Source: Eledone cirrhosa (Eukaryota). From it: a DNA stretch of 64,000 nt. This document shows, in pieces, positions 23,422 through 36,000 of this stretch (positions are counted from its first letter, which is position 1; each line of letters opens with the position of its first letter). The position numbers were made by a program, and so were the translations under genes. Under the pieces are notes generated by a model. It saw only the letters and a program-made list of their open reading frames with translations, was not told the origin of the DNA and made no database searches. The stretch lies in the NCBI GenBank assembly GCA_964016885.1, contig OZ024741.1, positions 18,476,001 to 18,540,000 on the forward strand, in the 5' to 3' direction.

Positions 23422-23930
23422 ATAAATAATTGCTTCTACTTTTGGCACGAGGTCAGCAATTACCCAGTACATTACTGGTACTTTATTTTATCGACCCCGT
23501 AAGAATGAAAGGCAAAGTTAACCTCGACGGGATTTGAACTCAGGTCGTAAGGGGACGTAACTATGCTGGAAAGCATGTCCGACCCTCTACCGATACTGTC
23601 AATTCACATAAATAATTGCGGTGGATTGGCAGTATCGGTAGAGGGTCGGACGCCATGCTTTGACGAATAGAGTTACGGCCCTTTCCATTCTGAGTTCAAA
23701 TCCCGCCGAGGTTAACTTTGCCTTTCATCCTTACGGGGTCGATAAAATAAAATACCAGTAATGCACTGGTTAATTGCCGGCCTTGTGCCAAAAAGTAGAA
23801 ACAATTATTTATAAATAATTGATTCTACGTTAGGCACAAGGCCAGCAATTAACCAGTGCATTACTGGTACTTCATCGACCCCGTAAGGATGAAAGGCAAA
23901 GTTAACCTCGGCGGGATTTGAACTCAGATC
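23422..23930. mobile_element. Cluster of three tRNA-derived SINEs in alternating orientation (-,+,-) with a Meta-like central domain
   Basis: Plus copy 23620-23810: TGGCAGTATCGGTAGAG A-box, GAGTTCAAATCC B-box, TTAACTTTGCCTTTCATCC..GGGGTCGATAAAAT..TACCAG, tail AGAAACAATTATT; minus copies 23422-23607 and 23811-23930. Confidence 0.85.
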
Positions 23931-24059
23931 GTATGGAACTAGTAAGTAAAGGAGAGGAACAAGAAAGACAGTTTACACAGAATGTTGGTGGTAACGGTGG
24001 GGAAAGTGGTGTAACGAGTGTGGGGGGAGGGAGGTAGGGGAGAAATGAAAGTGTGCCTC

Positions 24060-27000
24060 TGTGTGTGTGTGTGGGTCTGTATCAGTATGTGTGTGTGTCT
24101 GTATCAGTATGTGTGTGTGTGTGTCTGTATCAGTATGTGTGTGGGTGTCTGTATCAGTATGTGTGTGTGCCTCTGTATCAGTATGTGTGTGTCTCTGTAT
24201 CAGTATGTGTGTGTGTGTCTGTATCAGTATGTGTGTGTGTGTCTGTATCAGTATGTGTGTGTGTGTCTGTATCAGTATGTGTGCATGTCTGTATCAGTAT
24301 GTGTGTGTGTGTCTGTATCAGTATGTGTGTGTGCCTCTGTATCAGTATGTGTGTGTCTCTGTATCAGTATGTGTGTGTGTGTCTGTATCAGTATGTGTGT
24401 GTGTGTCTGTATCAGTATGTGTGTGTGTGTGTCTGTATCAGTATGTGTGTGTGTGTTGTATCAGTATGTGTGTGTGTGTCTGTATCAGTATGTGTGTGTG
24501 TGTCTGTATCAGTATGTGTGTGTGTCTGTATCAGTATGTGTGTGTGTCTGTATCAGTATGTGTGTGTGTGTCTGTATCAGTATGTGTGTGTGTGTCTGTA
24601 TCAGTATGTGTGTGTGTCTCTGTATCAGTATGTGTGTGTCTGTATCAGTATGTGTGTGTGTGTCTGTATCAGTATGTGTGTGTGTGTCTGTATCAGTATG
24701 TGTGTGCATGTCTATATCAGTATGTGTGTGTGTGTGTCTGTATCAGTATATGTGTCTGTATCAGTATGTGTGTGTGTGTCTGTATCAGCATGTGTGTGTG
24801 TGTCTGTATCAGCATGTGTGTGTGTGTCTGTATCAGTATGTGTGTGTGTCTGTATCAGTATGTGTGTGTGCATGTCTGTATAAGTATGTGTGTGTATCAG
24901 TATGTGTGTGTGTGTGTCTGTATCAGTATGTGTGTTTGTCTGTATCGGTATGTGTGTGTGTCTGTATCGGTATGTGTGTGTGTCTGTATCAGTATGTATG
25001 TGTGTCTGTATCAGTATATGTGTGTGTGTCTGTATCAGTATATGTGTGTGTGTCTGTATCAGTATGTGTGTGTGTCTGTATCAGTATGTGTGCGTGTCTG
25101 TATCAGTATGTGTGTGTGTGTCTGTATCAGTATGTGTGTGTGTGTCTGTATCAATATGTGTGTGTGTGTCTGTATCAGTATGTGTGCATGTCTGTATCAG
25201 TATGTGTGTGTGTGTCTGTATCAGTATGTGTGTGTGTGTCTGTATCAGTATGTGTGTGTGTGTCTGTATCAGTATGTGTGTGTCTATATCATTATGTGTG
25301 TGTGTCTGTATCAGTATGTGTGTGTGTGTGTGTCTGTATCAGTATGTGTGTGTGTCTGTATCAGTATGTGTGTGCATGTCTGTATCAGTATGTGTGTGTG
25401 TGTGTCTGTTACACTATATGTGTGTGTGTCTGTATCAGTATGTGTATGTGTCTGTATCAGTATGTGTGGGTGTCTGTATCAGTATGTGTGTGTGTCTGTA
25501 TCAGTATGTGTGTGTGTCTGTATCAGTATGTGTGTGCATGTCTGTATCAGTATGTGTGTGTGTGTGTCTGTATCACTATATGTGTGTGTGTCTGTATCAG
25601 TATGTGTGTGTGTGTCGGTATCAGTATATGTGTGTGTCTGTATCAGTATGTGTGCATGTCTGTATCAGTATGTGTGTGTGTCTGTATCAGTATGTGTGTG
25701 TGTGTCTGTATCAGTGTGTGTGTGCATGTCTATATCAGTATGTGTGTGTGTGTGTCTGTATCAGTATATGTGTCTGTATCAGTATGTGTGTGTGTGTCTG
25801 TATCAGCATGTGTGTGTGTGTCTGTATCAGCATGTGTGTGTGTGTCTGTATCAGTATGTGTGTGTGTCTGTATCAGTATGTGTGTGTGTCTGTATCAGTA
25901 TGTGTGTGTGCATGTCTGTATAAGTATGTGTGTGTATCAGTATGTGTGTGTGTGTGTCTGTATCAGTATGTGTGTGTGTCTGTATCGGTATGTGTGTGTG
26001 TCTGTATCGGTATGTGTGTGTGTCTGTATCAGTATGTATGTGTGTCTGTATCAGTATATGTGTGTGTGTCTGTATCAGTATATGTGTGTGTGTCTGTATC
26101 AGTATGTGTGTGTGTCTGTATCAGTATGTGTGCGTGTCTGTATCAGTATGTGTGTGTGTGTCTGTATCAGTATGTGTGTGTGTGTCTGTATCAATATGTG
26201 TGTGTGTGTCTGTATCAGTATGTGTGCATGTCTGTATCAGTATGTGTGTGTGTGTCTGTATCAGTATGTGTGTGTGTGTCTGTATCAGTATGTGTGTGTG
26301 TGTCTGTATCAGTATGTGTGTGTCTGTATCATTATGTGTGTGTGTCTGTATCAGTATGTGTGTGTGTGTGTCTGTATCAGTATGTGTGTGTGTCTGTATC
26401 AGTATGTGTGTGCATGTCTGTATCAGTATGTGTGTGTGTGTGTGTGTATCATTATATGTGTGTGTGTCTGTATCAGTATGTGTATGTGTCTGTATCAGTA
26501 TGTGTGGGTGTCTGTATCAGTATGTGTGTGTGTCTGAATCAGTATGTGTGTGTGTGTCTGTATCAGTATGTGTGTGTGTCTGAATCAGTATGTGTGTGTG
26601 TGTCTGTATCAGTATGTGTGTGTGTGTCTGTATCAGTATGTGTGTGAGTCTGAATCAGTATGTGTGTGTGTGTCTGTATCAGTATGTGTGTGCATGTCTG
26701 TATCAGTATGTGTATGTGTCTGTATCAGTATGTGTGGGTGTCTGTATCAGTATGTGTGTGTGTCTGTATCAGTATGTGTGTGTGTGTCTGTATCAGTATG
26801 TGTGTGTGTGTCTGTATCAGTATGTGCGAGTGTGTCTGTATCAGTATGTGTGTGCATGTCTGTATCAGTATGTGTGTGTGTCTGTATCAGTATGTGTGAG
26901 TGTCTGTATTAGTATGTGTGCGTGTCTGTATCAGTATGTGTGTGTGTCAGTATCAGTATGTGTGTGTGTGTCTGTATCAGTATGTGTGTGTGTCTGTATC

Positions 27001-30000
27001 AGTATGTGTGTGTGTCTGTATCAGTATGTGTGAGTGTGTCTGTATCAGTATGTGTGTGTGTCTGTATCAGTATGTGTGTGTGTGTCTGTATCAGTATGTG
27101 TGTGGGTGTCTGTATCAGTATGTGTGTGTGTGTCTGTATCAGTATGTGTGTGTGTGTCTGTATCAGTATGTGTGTGTGTGTGTCTGTATCAGTATGTGTG
27201 TGTGTCTGTATCAGTATGTGTGTGTGTGTCTGTATCAGTATGTGTGTGTGTGTCTGTATCACTATGTGTGTGTGTCTGTATCAGTATGTGTGTGTGTGTC
27301 TGTATCAGTATGTGTGTGTGTCTGTATCAGTATGTGTGTGTGTGTCTGTATCAGTATGTGTGTGTGTGTTGTATCAGTATGTGTGTGTGTGTCTGTATCA
27401 GTATGTGTGTGTGTCTGTATCAGTATGTGTGTGTGTCAGTATCAGTATGTGTGTGTGTGTCTGTATCAGTATGTGTGTGTGTGTCTTTATCAGTATGTGT
27501 GTGTGTCTCTGTATCAGTATGTGTGTGTGTCTGTATCAGTATGTGTGTGTCTGTATCAGTATGTGTGTGTGTGTCTGTATCAGTATGTGTGTGTGTCTGT
27601 ATCAGTATGTGTGTGTGTGTCTGTATCAGTATGTGTGTGTGTCTGTATCAGTATGTGTGTGTGTGTCTGTATCAGTATGTGTGTGCATGTCTATATCAGT
27701 ATGTGTGTGTGTGTGTCTGTATCAGTATATGTGTGTGTGTCTGTATCAGTATGTGTGTGTGTGTCTGTATCAGTATGTGTATGTGTGTCTGTATCAGTAT
27801 GTGTGTGTGTCTGTATCAGTATGTGTGTGTGCATGTCTGTATAAGTATGTGTGTGTGTATCAGTATGTGTGTGTGTGTGTCTGTATCAGTATGTGTGTGT
27901 GTCTGTATCGGTATGTGTGTGTGTCTGTATCGGTATGTGTGTGTGTCTGTATCAGTATGTGTGTGTGAGTGTCTGTATAAGTATATGTGTGTGTGTCTGT
28001 ATCAGTATATGTGTGTGTGTCTGTATCAGTATGTGTGTGTGTCTGTATCAGTATGTGTGCGTGTCTGTATCAGTATGTGTGTGTGTGTGTCTGTATCAGT
28101 ATGTGTGTGTGTGCCTGTATCAATATGTGTGTGTGTGTCTGTATCAGTATGTGTGCATGTCTGCATCAGTATGTGTGTGTGTGTCTGTATCAGTATGTGT
28201 GTGTGTGTCTGTATCAGTATGTGTGTGTGTGTCTGTATCAGTATGAGTCTGTGTCTGTATCAGTATGTGTGTGTGTGTGTCTGTATCAGTATGTGTGTGT
28301 GTCTGTATCAGTATGTGTGTGCATGTCTGTATCAGTATGTGTGTGTGTTTCTGTATCAGTATGTGTGTGTCTGTATCACTATATGTGTGTGTGTCTGTAT
28401 CAGTATGTGTATGTGTCTGTATCAGTATGTGTGGGTGTCTGTATCAGTATGTGTGTGTGTCTGAATCAGTATGTGTGTGTGTCTGTATCAGTATGTGTGT
28501 GTGTGTCTGTATCAGTATGTGTGTGTGTCTGTATCAGTATGTGTGCGTGTCTGTATCAGTATGTGTGTGTGTGTGTCTGTATCAGTATGTGTGTGTGTGC
28601 CTGTATCAATATGTGTGTGTGTGTCTGTATCAGTATGTGTGCATGTCTGCATCAGTATGTGTGTGTGTGTCTGTATCAGTATGTGTGTGTGTGTCTGTAT
28701 CAGTATGTGTGTGTGTGTCTGTATCAGTATGAGTCTGTGTCTGTATCAGTATGTGTGTGTGTGTGTCTGTATCAGTATGTGTGTGTGTCTGTATCAGTAT
28801 GTGTGTGCATGTCTGTATCAGTATGTGTGTGTGTTTCTGTATCAGTATGTGTGTGTCTGTATCACTATATGTGTGTGTGTCTGTATCAGTATGTGTATGT
28901 GTCTGTATCAGTATGTGTGGGTGTCTGTATCAGTATGTGTGTGTGTCTGAATCAGTATGTGTGTGTGTCTGTATCAGTATGTGTGTGTGTGTCTGTATCA
29001 GTATGTGTGTGTGTGTCTGTATCAGTATGTGTGTGTGTCTGTATCAGTATGTGTGTGTGTCTGTATCAGTATGTGTGTGTGTCTCTGTATCAGTATGTGT
29101 GCGTGTGTCTGTATCAGTATGTGTGTGTGTCTGTATCAGTATGTGTGTGCATGTCTGTATCAGTATGTGTGTGTGTCTGTATCAGTATGTGTGTGTGTCT
29201 GTATCATTATGTGTGTGTGTGTCTGTATCAGTATGTGTGTGTGTGTCTGTATCAGTATGTGTGTGTGTGGCTGTATCAGTATGTGTGTGTGTCTGTATCA
29301 GTATGTGTGTGTGTCTGTATCAGTATGTGTGTGTGTTTGTATCAGTATGTGGGTGTGTGTGTGTTTGTATCAGTATGTGGGTGTGTGTCTGTATCAGTAT
29401 GTGTGTGTGTCTGTATCAGTATGTGTGTGTGTGTCTGTATCAGTATGTGTGTGTGTCTGTATCAGTATGTGTGTGTGTGTCTGTATCAGTATGTGTGTGC
29501 ATGTCTGTATCAGTATGTGTGTGTGTGTCTGTATCAGTGTGTGTGTGTCTGTATCAGTATGTGTGTGTGTGTCTGTATCAGTATGTGTGTGCATGTCTGT
29601 ATCAGTATGTGTGTGTGTGTCTGTATCAGTGTGTGTGTGTCTGTATCAGTATGTGTGTGTGTGTCTGTATCAGTATGTGTGTGTGTGTCTGTATCAGTAT
29701 GTGTGTGCATGTCTGTATCAGTATGTGTGTGTGACTGTATCAGTATGTGTGTGTGTGTCTGTATCAGTATGTGTGTGTGTCTGTATCAGTATGTGTGTGT
29801 GTGTCTGTATCAGTATGTGTGTGTGTGTCTGTATCAGTATGTGTGCATGTCTGTATCAGTATGTGTGTGTGTCTGTATCAGTATGTGTGTGTGTCTGTAT
29901 CAGTATGTGTCTGTGGCTGTATCAGTATGTGTGTGTGTGTCTAATTCAGTATGTGTGTGCATGTCTGTATCAGTATGTGTGTGTGTGTCTGTATCAGTAT

Positions 30001-33000
30001 GTGTGCGTGTGTCTGTATCAGTATGTGTGTGTGTGTCTGTATCAGTATGTGTGTGTGTCTGTATCAGTATGTGTGTGCATGTCTGTATCAGTATGTGTGT
30101 GTGTCTGTATCAGTATGTGTGTGTGTGTTGTATCAGTATGTGTGTGTGTCTATATCAGTATGTGTGTGGGTGTCTGTATCAGTATGTGTGTGTGTCTGTA
30201 TCAGTATGTGTGTGTGTGTGTCTGTATCAGTATGTGTGTGTGTGTCTGTATCAGTATGTGTGTATGTCTGTATCAGTATGTGTGTGTGTGTCTGTATCAG
30301 TATGTGTGTGTGTGTCTGTATCAGTATGTGTGTGTCTGTCTGTATCAGTATGTGTGTGTGTGTCTGTATCAGTATGTGTGTGTGTCTGTATCAGTATGTG
30401 TGTGTGTGTCTGTATCAGTATGTTTGTGTGTGTCTGTATCAGTATGTGTGTGTGTCTGTATCAGTATGTGTGTGTGTGTCAGTATCAGTATGTGTGTGTG
30501 TCTGTATCAGTATGTGTGTGTGTCTGTATCAGTATGTGTGCGTGTGTCAGTATCAGTATGTGTGTGTGTCTGTATCAATATGTGTGTGTGTCTGTATCAG
30601 TATGTGTGTGTGTCTGTATCAGTATGTGTGTGCATGTCTGTATCAGTATGTGTGTGTGTCTGTATCAGTATGTGTGTGTGCGTCTGTATCAGTATGTGTG
30701 TGTCTGTATCAGTATGTGTGTGTGTCTGTATCAGTATGTGTGTGTGTGTCTGTGTCAGTATGTGTGTGTGTGTCTGTATCAGTATGTGTGCATGTCTGTA
30801 TCAGTACGTGTGTGTGTCTGTATCAGTATGTGTGTGTGTGTCTGTATCAGTATGTGTGTGTGTGTCTGTATCAGTATGTGTGCATGTCTGTATCAGTATG
30901 TGTGTGTGTCTGTATCAGTATGTGTGTGTGTGTCTGTATCAGTATGTGTGTGTGTGTCTGTATCAGTATGTGTGTCTGTATCAGTATGTGTGTGTGTGTT
31001 GTATCAGTATGTGTGTGTGTGTCTGTATCAGTATGTGTGTGTGTGTCTGTATCAGTATGTGTGTGTGTCTGTATCAGTACGTGTGTGTGTCTGTATCAGT
31101 ATGTGTGTGTGTGTCTGTATCAGCATGTGTGTGTGTGTCTGTATCAGTATGTGTGTGTGTGTCTGTATCAGTATATGTGTGTGTGTCTGTATCAGTATGT
31201 GTCTGTGTCTGTATCAGTATGTGTGTGTGTATCAGTATGTGTGTGTGTGTGTCTGTATCAGTATGTGTGTGTGTCTGTATCGGAATGTGTGTGTGTCTCT
31301 ATCAGTATGTATGTGTGTCTGTATCAGTATGTGTGTGTGTCTGTATCAGTATGTGTGTGTGTGTGTCTGTATCAGTATATGTGTGTGTGTCTGTATCAGT
31401 ATATGTGTGTGTGTCTGTATCAGTATGTGTGTGTGTCTGTATCAGTATGTGTGCGTGTATGTATCAGTATGTGTGTGTGTGTCTGTATCAGTATGTGTGT
31501 GTGTCTGTATCAGTATGTGTGTGGGTGTCTGTATCAGTATGTGTGTGTGCCTGAATAAGTATGTGTGCGTGTCTGTATCAGTATGTGTGTGTGTGTCTGT
31601 ATCAGTATGCGTGTGTGTGTCTGTATCAGTATGTGTGTGTGTCTGTATCAGTATGTGTGTGTCTCTTTATCAGTATGTGTGTGTGTGTCTGTATCAGTAT
31701 GTGTGTGTGTGTCTGTATCAGTATGTGCGTGTGTGTCTGTATCAGTATGTGTGTGCATGTCTGTATCAGTATGTGTGTGTTTCTGTATCAGTATGTGTGA
31801 GTGTCTGTATTAGTATGTGTGTGTGTCTGTATCAGTATGTGTGTGTGTCACTATCAGTATGTGTGTGTGTGTCTGTATCAGTATGTGTGTATGTCTGTAT
31901 CAGTATGTGTGTGCATGTCTGTATCAGTATGTGTGTGTGTCTGTATGAGTATGTGTGTGTGTCTGTATCAGTATGTGTGTGTGTGTCTGTATCAGTATGT
32001 GTGTGTGTCTCTGTATCAGTATGTGTGTGTGTGTCTGTATCAGTATGTGTGTGCGTGTGTCTGTATCAATATGTGTTTGTGTCTGTATCAGTATGTGTGT
32101 GTGTGTGTCTGTATCAGTATGTGTGTGTGTCTGTATCAGTATCTGTGTCTGTATCAGTATGTGTGTGTCTGTATTAGTATGTGTGTGTGTCTGTATCAGT
32201 ATGTGTGTGTGTGTCTGTATCAGTATGTGTGTGTGTCTGTATCAGTATGTGTGTGTGTGTCTGTATCAGTATGTGTGTGTGTTTATATCAGTATGTGGGT
32301 GTGTGTGTGTTTGTATCCGTATGTGGGTGTGTGTCTGTATCAGTATGTGTGTGTGTGTCTGTATCAGTATGTGTGTGCATGTCTGTATCAGTATGTGTGT
32401 GTGTGTCTGTATCAGTGTGTGTGTGTCTATATAAGTATGTGTGTGTGTGTCTGTATCAGTATGTGTGTGCATGTCTGTATCAGTATGTGTGTGTGTGTCT
32501 GTATCAGTGTGTGTGTGTCTGTATCAGTATGTGTGTGTGTGTCTGTATCAGTATGTGTGTGTGTGTCTGTATCAGTATGTGTGTGTGTCTGTATCAGTAT
32601 GTGTGTGTGTCTGTATCAGTATGTGTCTGTGGCTGTATCAGTATGTGTGTGTGTGTGTCTGTATCAGTATGTGTGAGTGTCTGTATCAGTATGTGAGTGC
32701 ATGTCTGTATCAGTATGTGTGTGTGTGTCTGTATCAGTATGTGCGTATGTGTCTGTATCACTATGTGTGTGTGTCTGTATCAGTATGTGTGTGTGTGTCT
32801 GTATCAGTATGTGTGTGTGGTGTCTGTATCAGTATGTGTGTGTTTCTGTATCAGTATGTGTGGGTGTCTGTATCAGTATGTGTGGGTGTCTGTATCAGTA
32901 TGTGTGTGTCTGTATCAGTATGTGTGTGTGTGTCTGTATCAGTATGTGTGTGTGTGTTGTATCAGTATGTGTGTGTGTCTGTATCAGTATGTGTGTGGGT

Positions 33001-36000
33001 GTCTGTATCAGTATATGTGTGTGTGTCTGTATCAGTATGTGTGTGTGTCTGTATCAGTATGTGTGTGTGTCTGTATCAGTATGTGTGTGGGTGTCTGTAT
33101 CAGTATGTGTGTGCATGTCTGTATCAGTATGTGTGTGTGTGTTGTATCAGTATGTGTGTGTGTCTGTATCAGTATGTGTGTAGGTGTCTGTATCAGTATG
33201 TGTGTGTGTCTGTATCAGTATGTGTGTGTGTGTCTGTATCAGTATGTGTGTGTGTGTCTGTATCAGTATGTGTGTGTGTGTCTGTATCAGTATTTGTGTG
33301 TGTGTCTGTATCAGTATGTGTGTGTGTCTGTATCAGTATGTGTGAGTGTGTCTGTATCAGTATGTGTGTGTGTGTCTGTATCAGTATGTGTGTGTGTGTC
33401 TGTATCAGTATGTGTGTGTGTGTCTGTATCAGTATGTGTGTGTGTCAGTATCAGTATGTGTGTGTGTGTCTATATCAGTATGTGTGTGTCTGTATCAGTA
33501 TATGTGTGTGTCTGTATCAGTATGTGTGTGTCTGTCTGTATCAGTATGTGTGTGTGTGTATGTATCAGTATGTGTGTGTGTGTCTGTATCAGTATGTGTG
33601 TGTGTGTCTGTATCAGTATATGTGCATGTCTGTATCAGTATGTGTGTGTGTCTGTATCAGTATGTGTGTGTGTGTCGGTATCAGTATGTGTGTGTGCCTG
33701 TATCAGTATGTGTGTGGGTGTCTGTATCAGTATGTGTGTGTGTCTGTATCAGTATGTGTGTGTGTCTGTATCAGTATGTGTGTGTGCATGTCTGTATCAG
33801 TATGTGTGTGTGTCTGTATCAGTATGTGTGTGTGTGTCTGTATCAGTATGTGTGTGTGTGTCTGTATCAGTATGTGTGTGTGTCTGAATCAGTATGTGTG
33901 TGTGTCTGTATCAGTATGTGTGTGTGTGTCTGTATCAGTATGTGTGTCTGTGTCTGTATCAGTATGTGTGTGTGTCTGTATCAGTATATGTGTGTGTCTC
34001 TGTATCAGTATGTGTGTGTGTGTCTGTATCAGTATGTGTGTGTGTCTGTATCAGTATGTGTGTGCATGTCTGTATCAGTATGTGTGTGTGTCTGTATCAG
34101 TATGTGTGTGTGTCTGTATCATTATGTGTGTGTGTGTCTGTATCAGTATGTGTGTGTGTGTCTGTATCAGTATGTGTGTGTGTGGCTGTATCAGTATGTG
34201 TGTGTGTCTGTATCAGTATGTGTGTGTGTCTGTATCAGTATGTGTGTGTGTTTGTATCAGTATGTGGGTGTGTGTGTGTTTGTATCAGTATGTGGGTGTG
34301 TGTCTGTATCAGTATGTGTGTGTGTCTGTATCAGTATGTGTGTGTGTGTCTGTATCAGTATGTGTGTGTGTGTGTCTGTATCAGTGTGTGTGTGTCTGTA
34401 TCAGTATGTGTGTGTGTGTCTGTATCAGTATGTGTGTGCATGTCTGTATCAGTATGTGTGTGTGTGTCTGTATCAGTGTGTGTGTGTCTGTATCAGTATG
34501 TGTGTGTGTGTCTGTATCAGTATGTGTGTGTGTGTCTGTATCAGTATGTGTGTGCATGTCTGTATCAGTATGTGTGTGTGACTGTATCAGTATGTGTGTG
34601 TGTGTCTGTATCAGTATGTGTGTGTGTCTGTATCAGTATGTGTGTGTGTATCTGTATCAGTATGTGTGTGTGTGTCTGTATCAGTATGTGTGTGTGTGTC
34701 TGTATCAGTATGTGTGTGTGTCTGTATCAGTATGTGTGTGTGTCTGTATCAGTATGTGTCTGTGGCTGTATCAGTATGTGTGTGTGTGTGTCTGTATCAG
34801 TATGTGTGAGTGTCTGTATCAGTATGTGAGTGCATGTCTGTATCAGTATGTGTGTGTGTGTCTGTATCAGTATGTGCGTATGTGTCTGTATCACTATGTG
34901 TGTGTGTCTGTATCAGTATGTGTGTGTGTGTCTGTATCAGTATGTGTGTGTGGTGTCTGTATCAGTATGTGTGTGTTTCTGTATCAGTATGTGTGGGTGT
35001 CTGTATCAGTATGTGTGGGTGTCTGTATCAGTATGTGTGTGTCTGTATCAGTATGTGTGTGTGTGTCTGTATCAGTATGTGTGTGTGTGTTGTATCAGTA
35101 TGTGTGTGTGTCTGTATCAGTATGTGTGTGGGTGTCTGTATCAGTATATGTGTGTGTGTCTGTATCAGTATGTGTGTGTGTCTGTATCAGTATGTGTGTG
35201 TGTCTGTATCAGTATGTGTGTGGGTGTCTGTATCAGTATGTGTGTGCATGTCTGTATCAGTATGTGTGTGTGTGTTGTATCAGTATGTGTGTGTGTCTGT
35301 ATCAGTATGTGTGTAGGTGTCTGTATCAGTATGTGTGTGTGTCTGTATCAGTATGTGTGTGTGTGTCTGTATCAGTATGTGTGTGTGTGTCTGTATCAGT
35401 ATGTGTGTGTGTGTCTGTATCAGTATTTGTGTGTGTGTCTGTATCAGTATGTGTGTGTGTCTGTATCAGTATGTGTGAGTGTGTCTGTATCAGTATGTGT
35501 GTGTGTGTCTGTATCAGTATGTGTGTGTGTGTCTGTATCAGTATGTGTGTGTGTGTCTGTATCAGTATGTGTGTGTGTCAGTATCAGTATGTGTGTGTGT
35601 GTCTATATCAGTATGTGTGTGTCTGTATCAGTATATGTGTGTGTCTGTATCAGTATGTGTGTGTCTGTCTGTATCAGTATGTGTGTGTGTGTATGTATCA
35701 GTATGTGTGTGTGTGTCTGTATCAGTATGTGTGTGTGTGTCTGTATCAGTATATGTGCATGTCTGTATCAGTATGTGTGTGTGTCTGTATCAGTATGTGT
35801 GTGTGTGTCGGTATCAGTATGTGTGTGTGCCTGTATCAGTATGTGTGTGGGTGTCTGTATCAGTATGTGTGTGTGTCTGTATCAGTATGTGTGTGTGTCT
35901 GTATCAGTATGTGTGTGTGCATGTCTGTATCAGTATGTGTGTGTGTCTGTATCAGTATGTGTGTGTGTGTCTGTATCAGTATGTGTGTGTGTGTCTGTAT

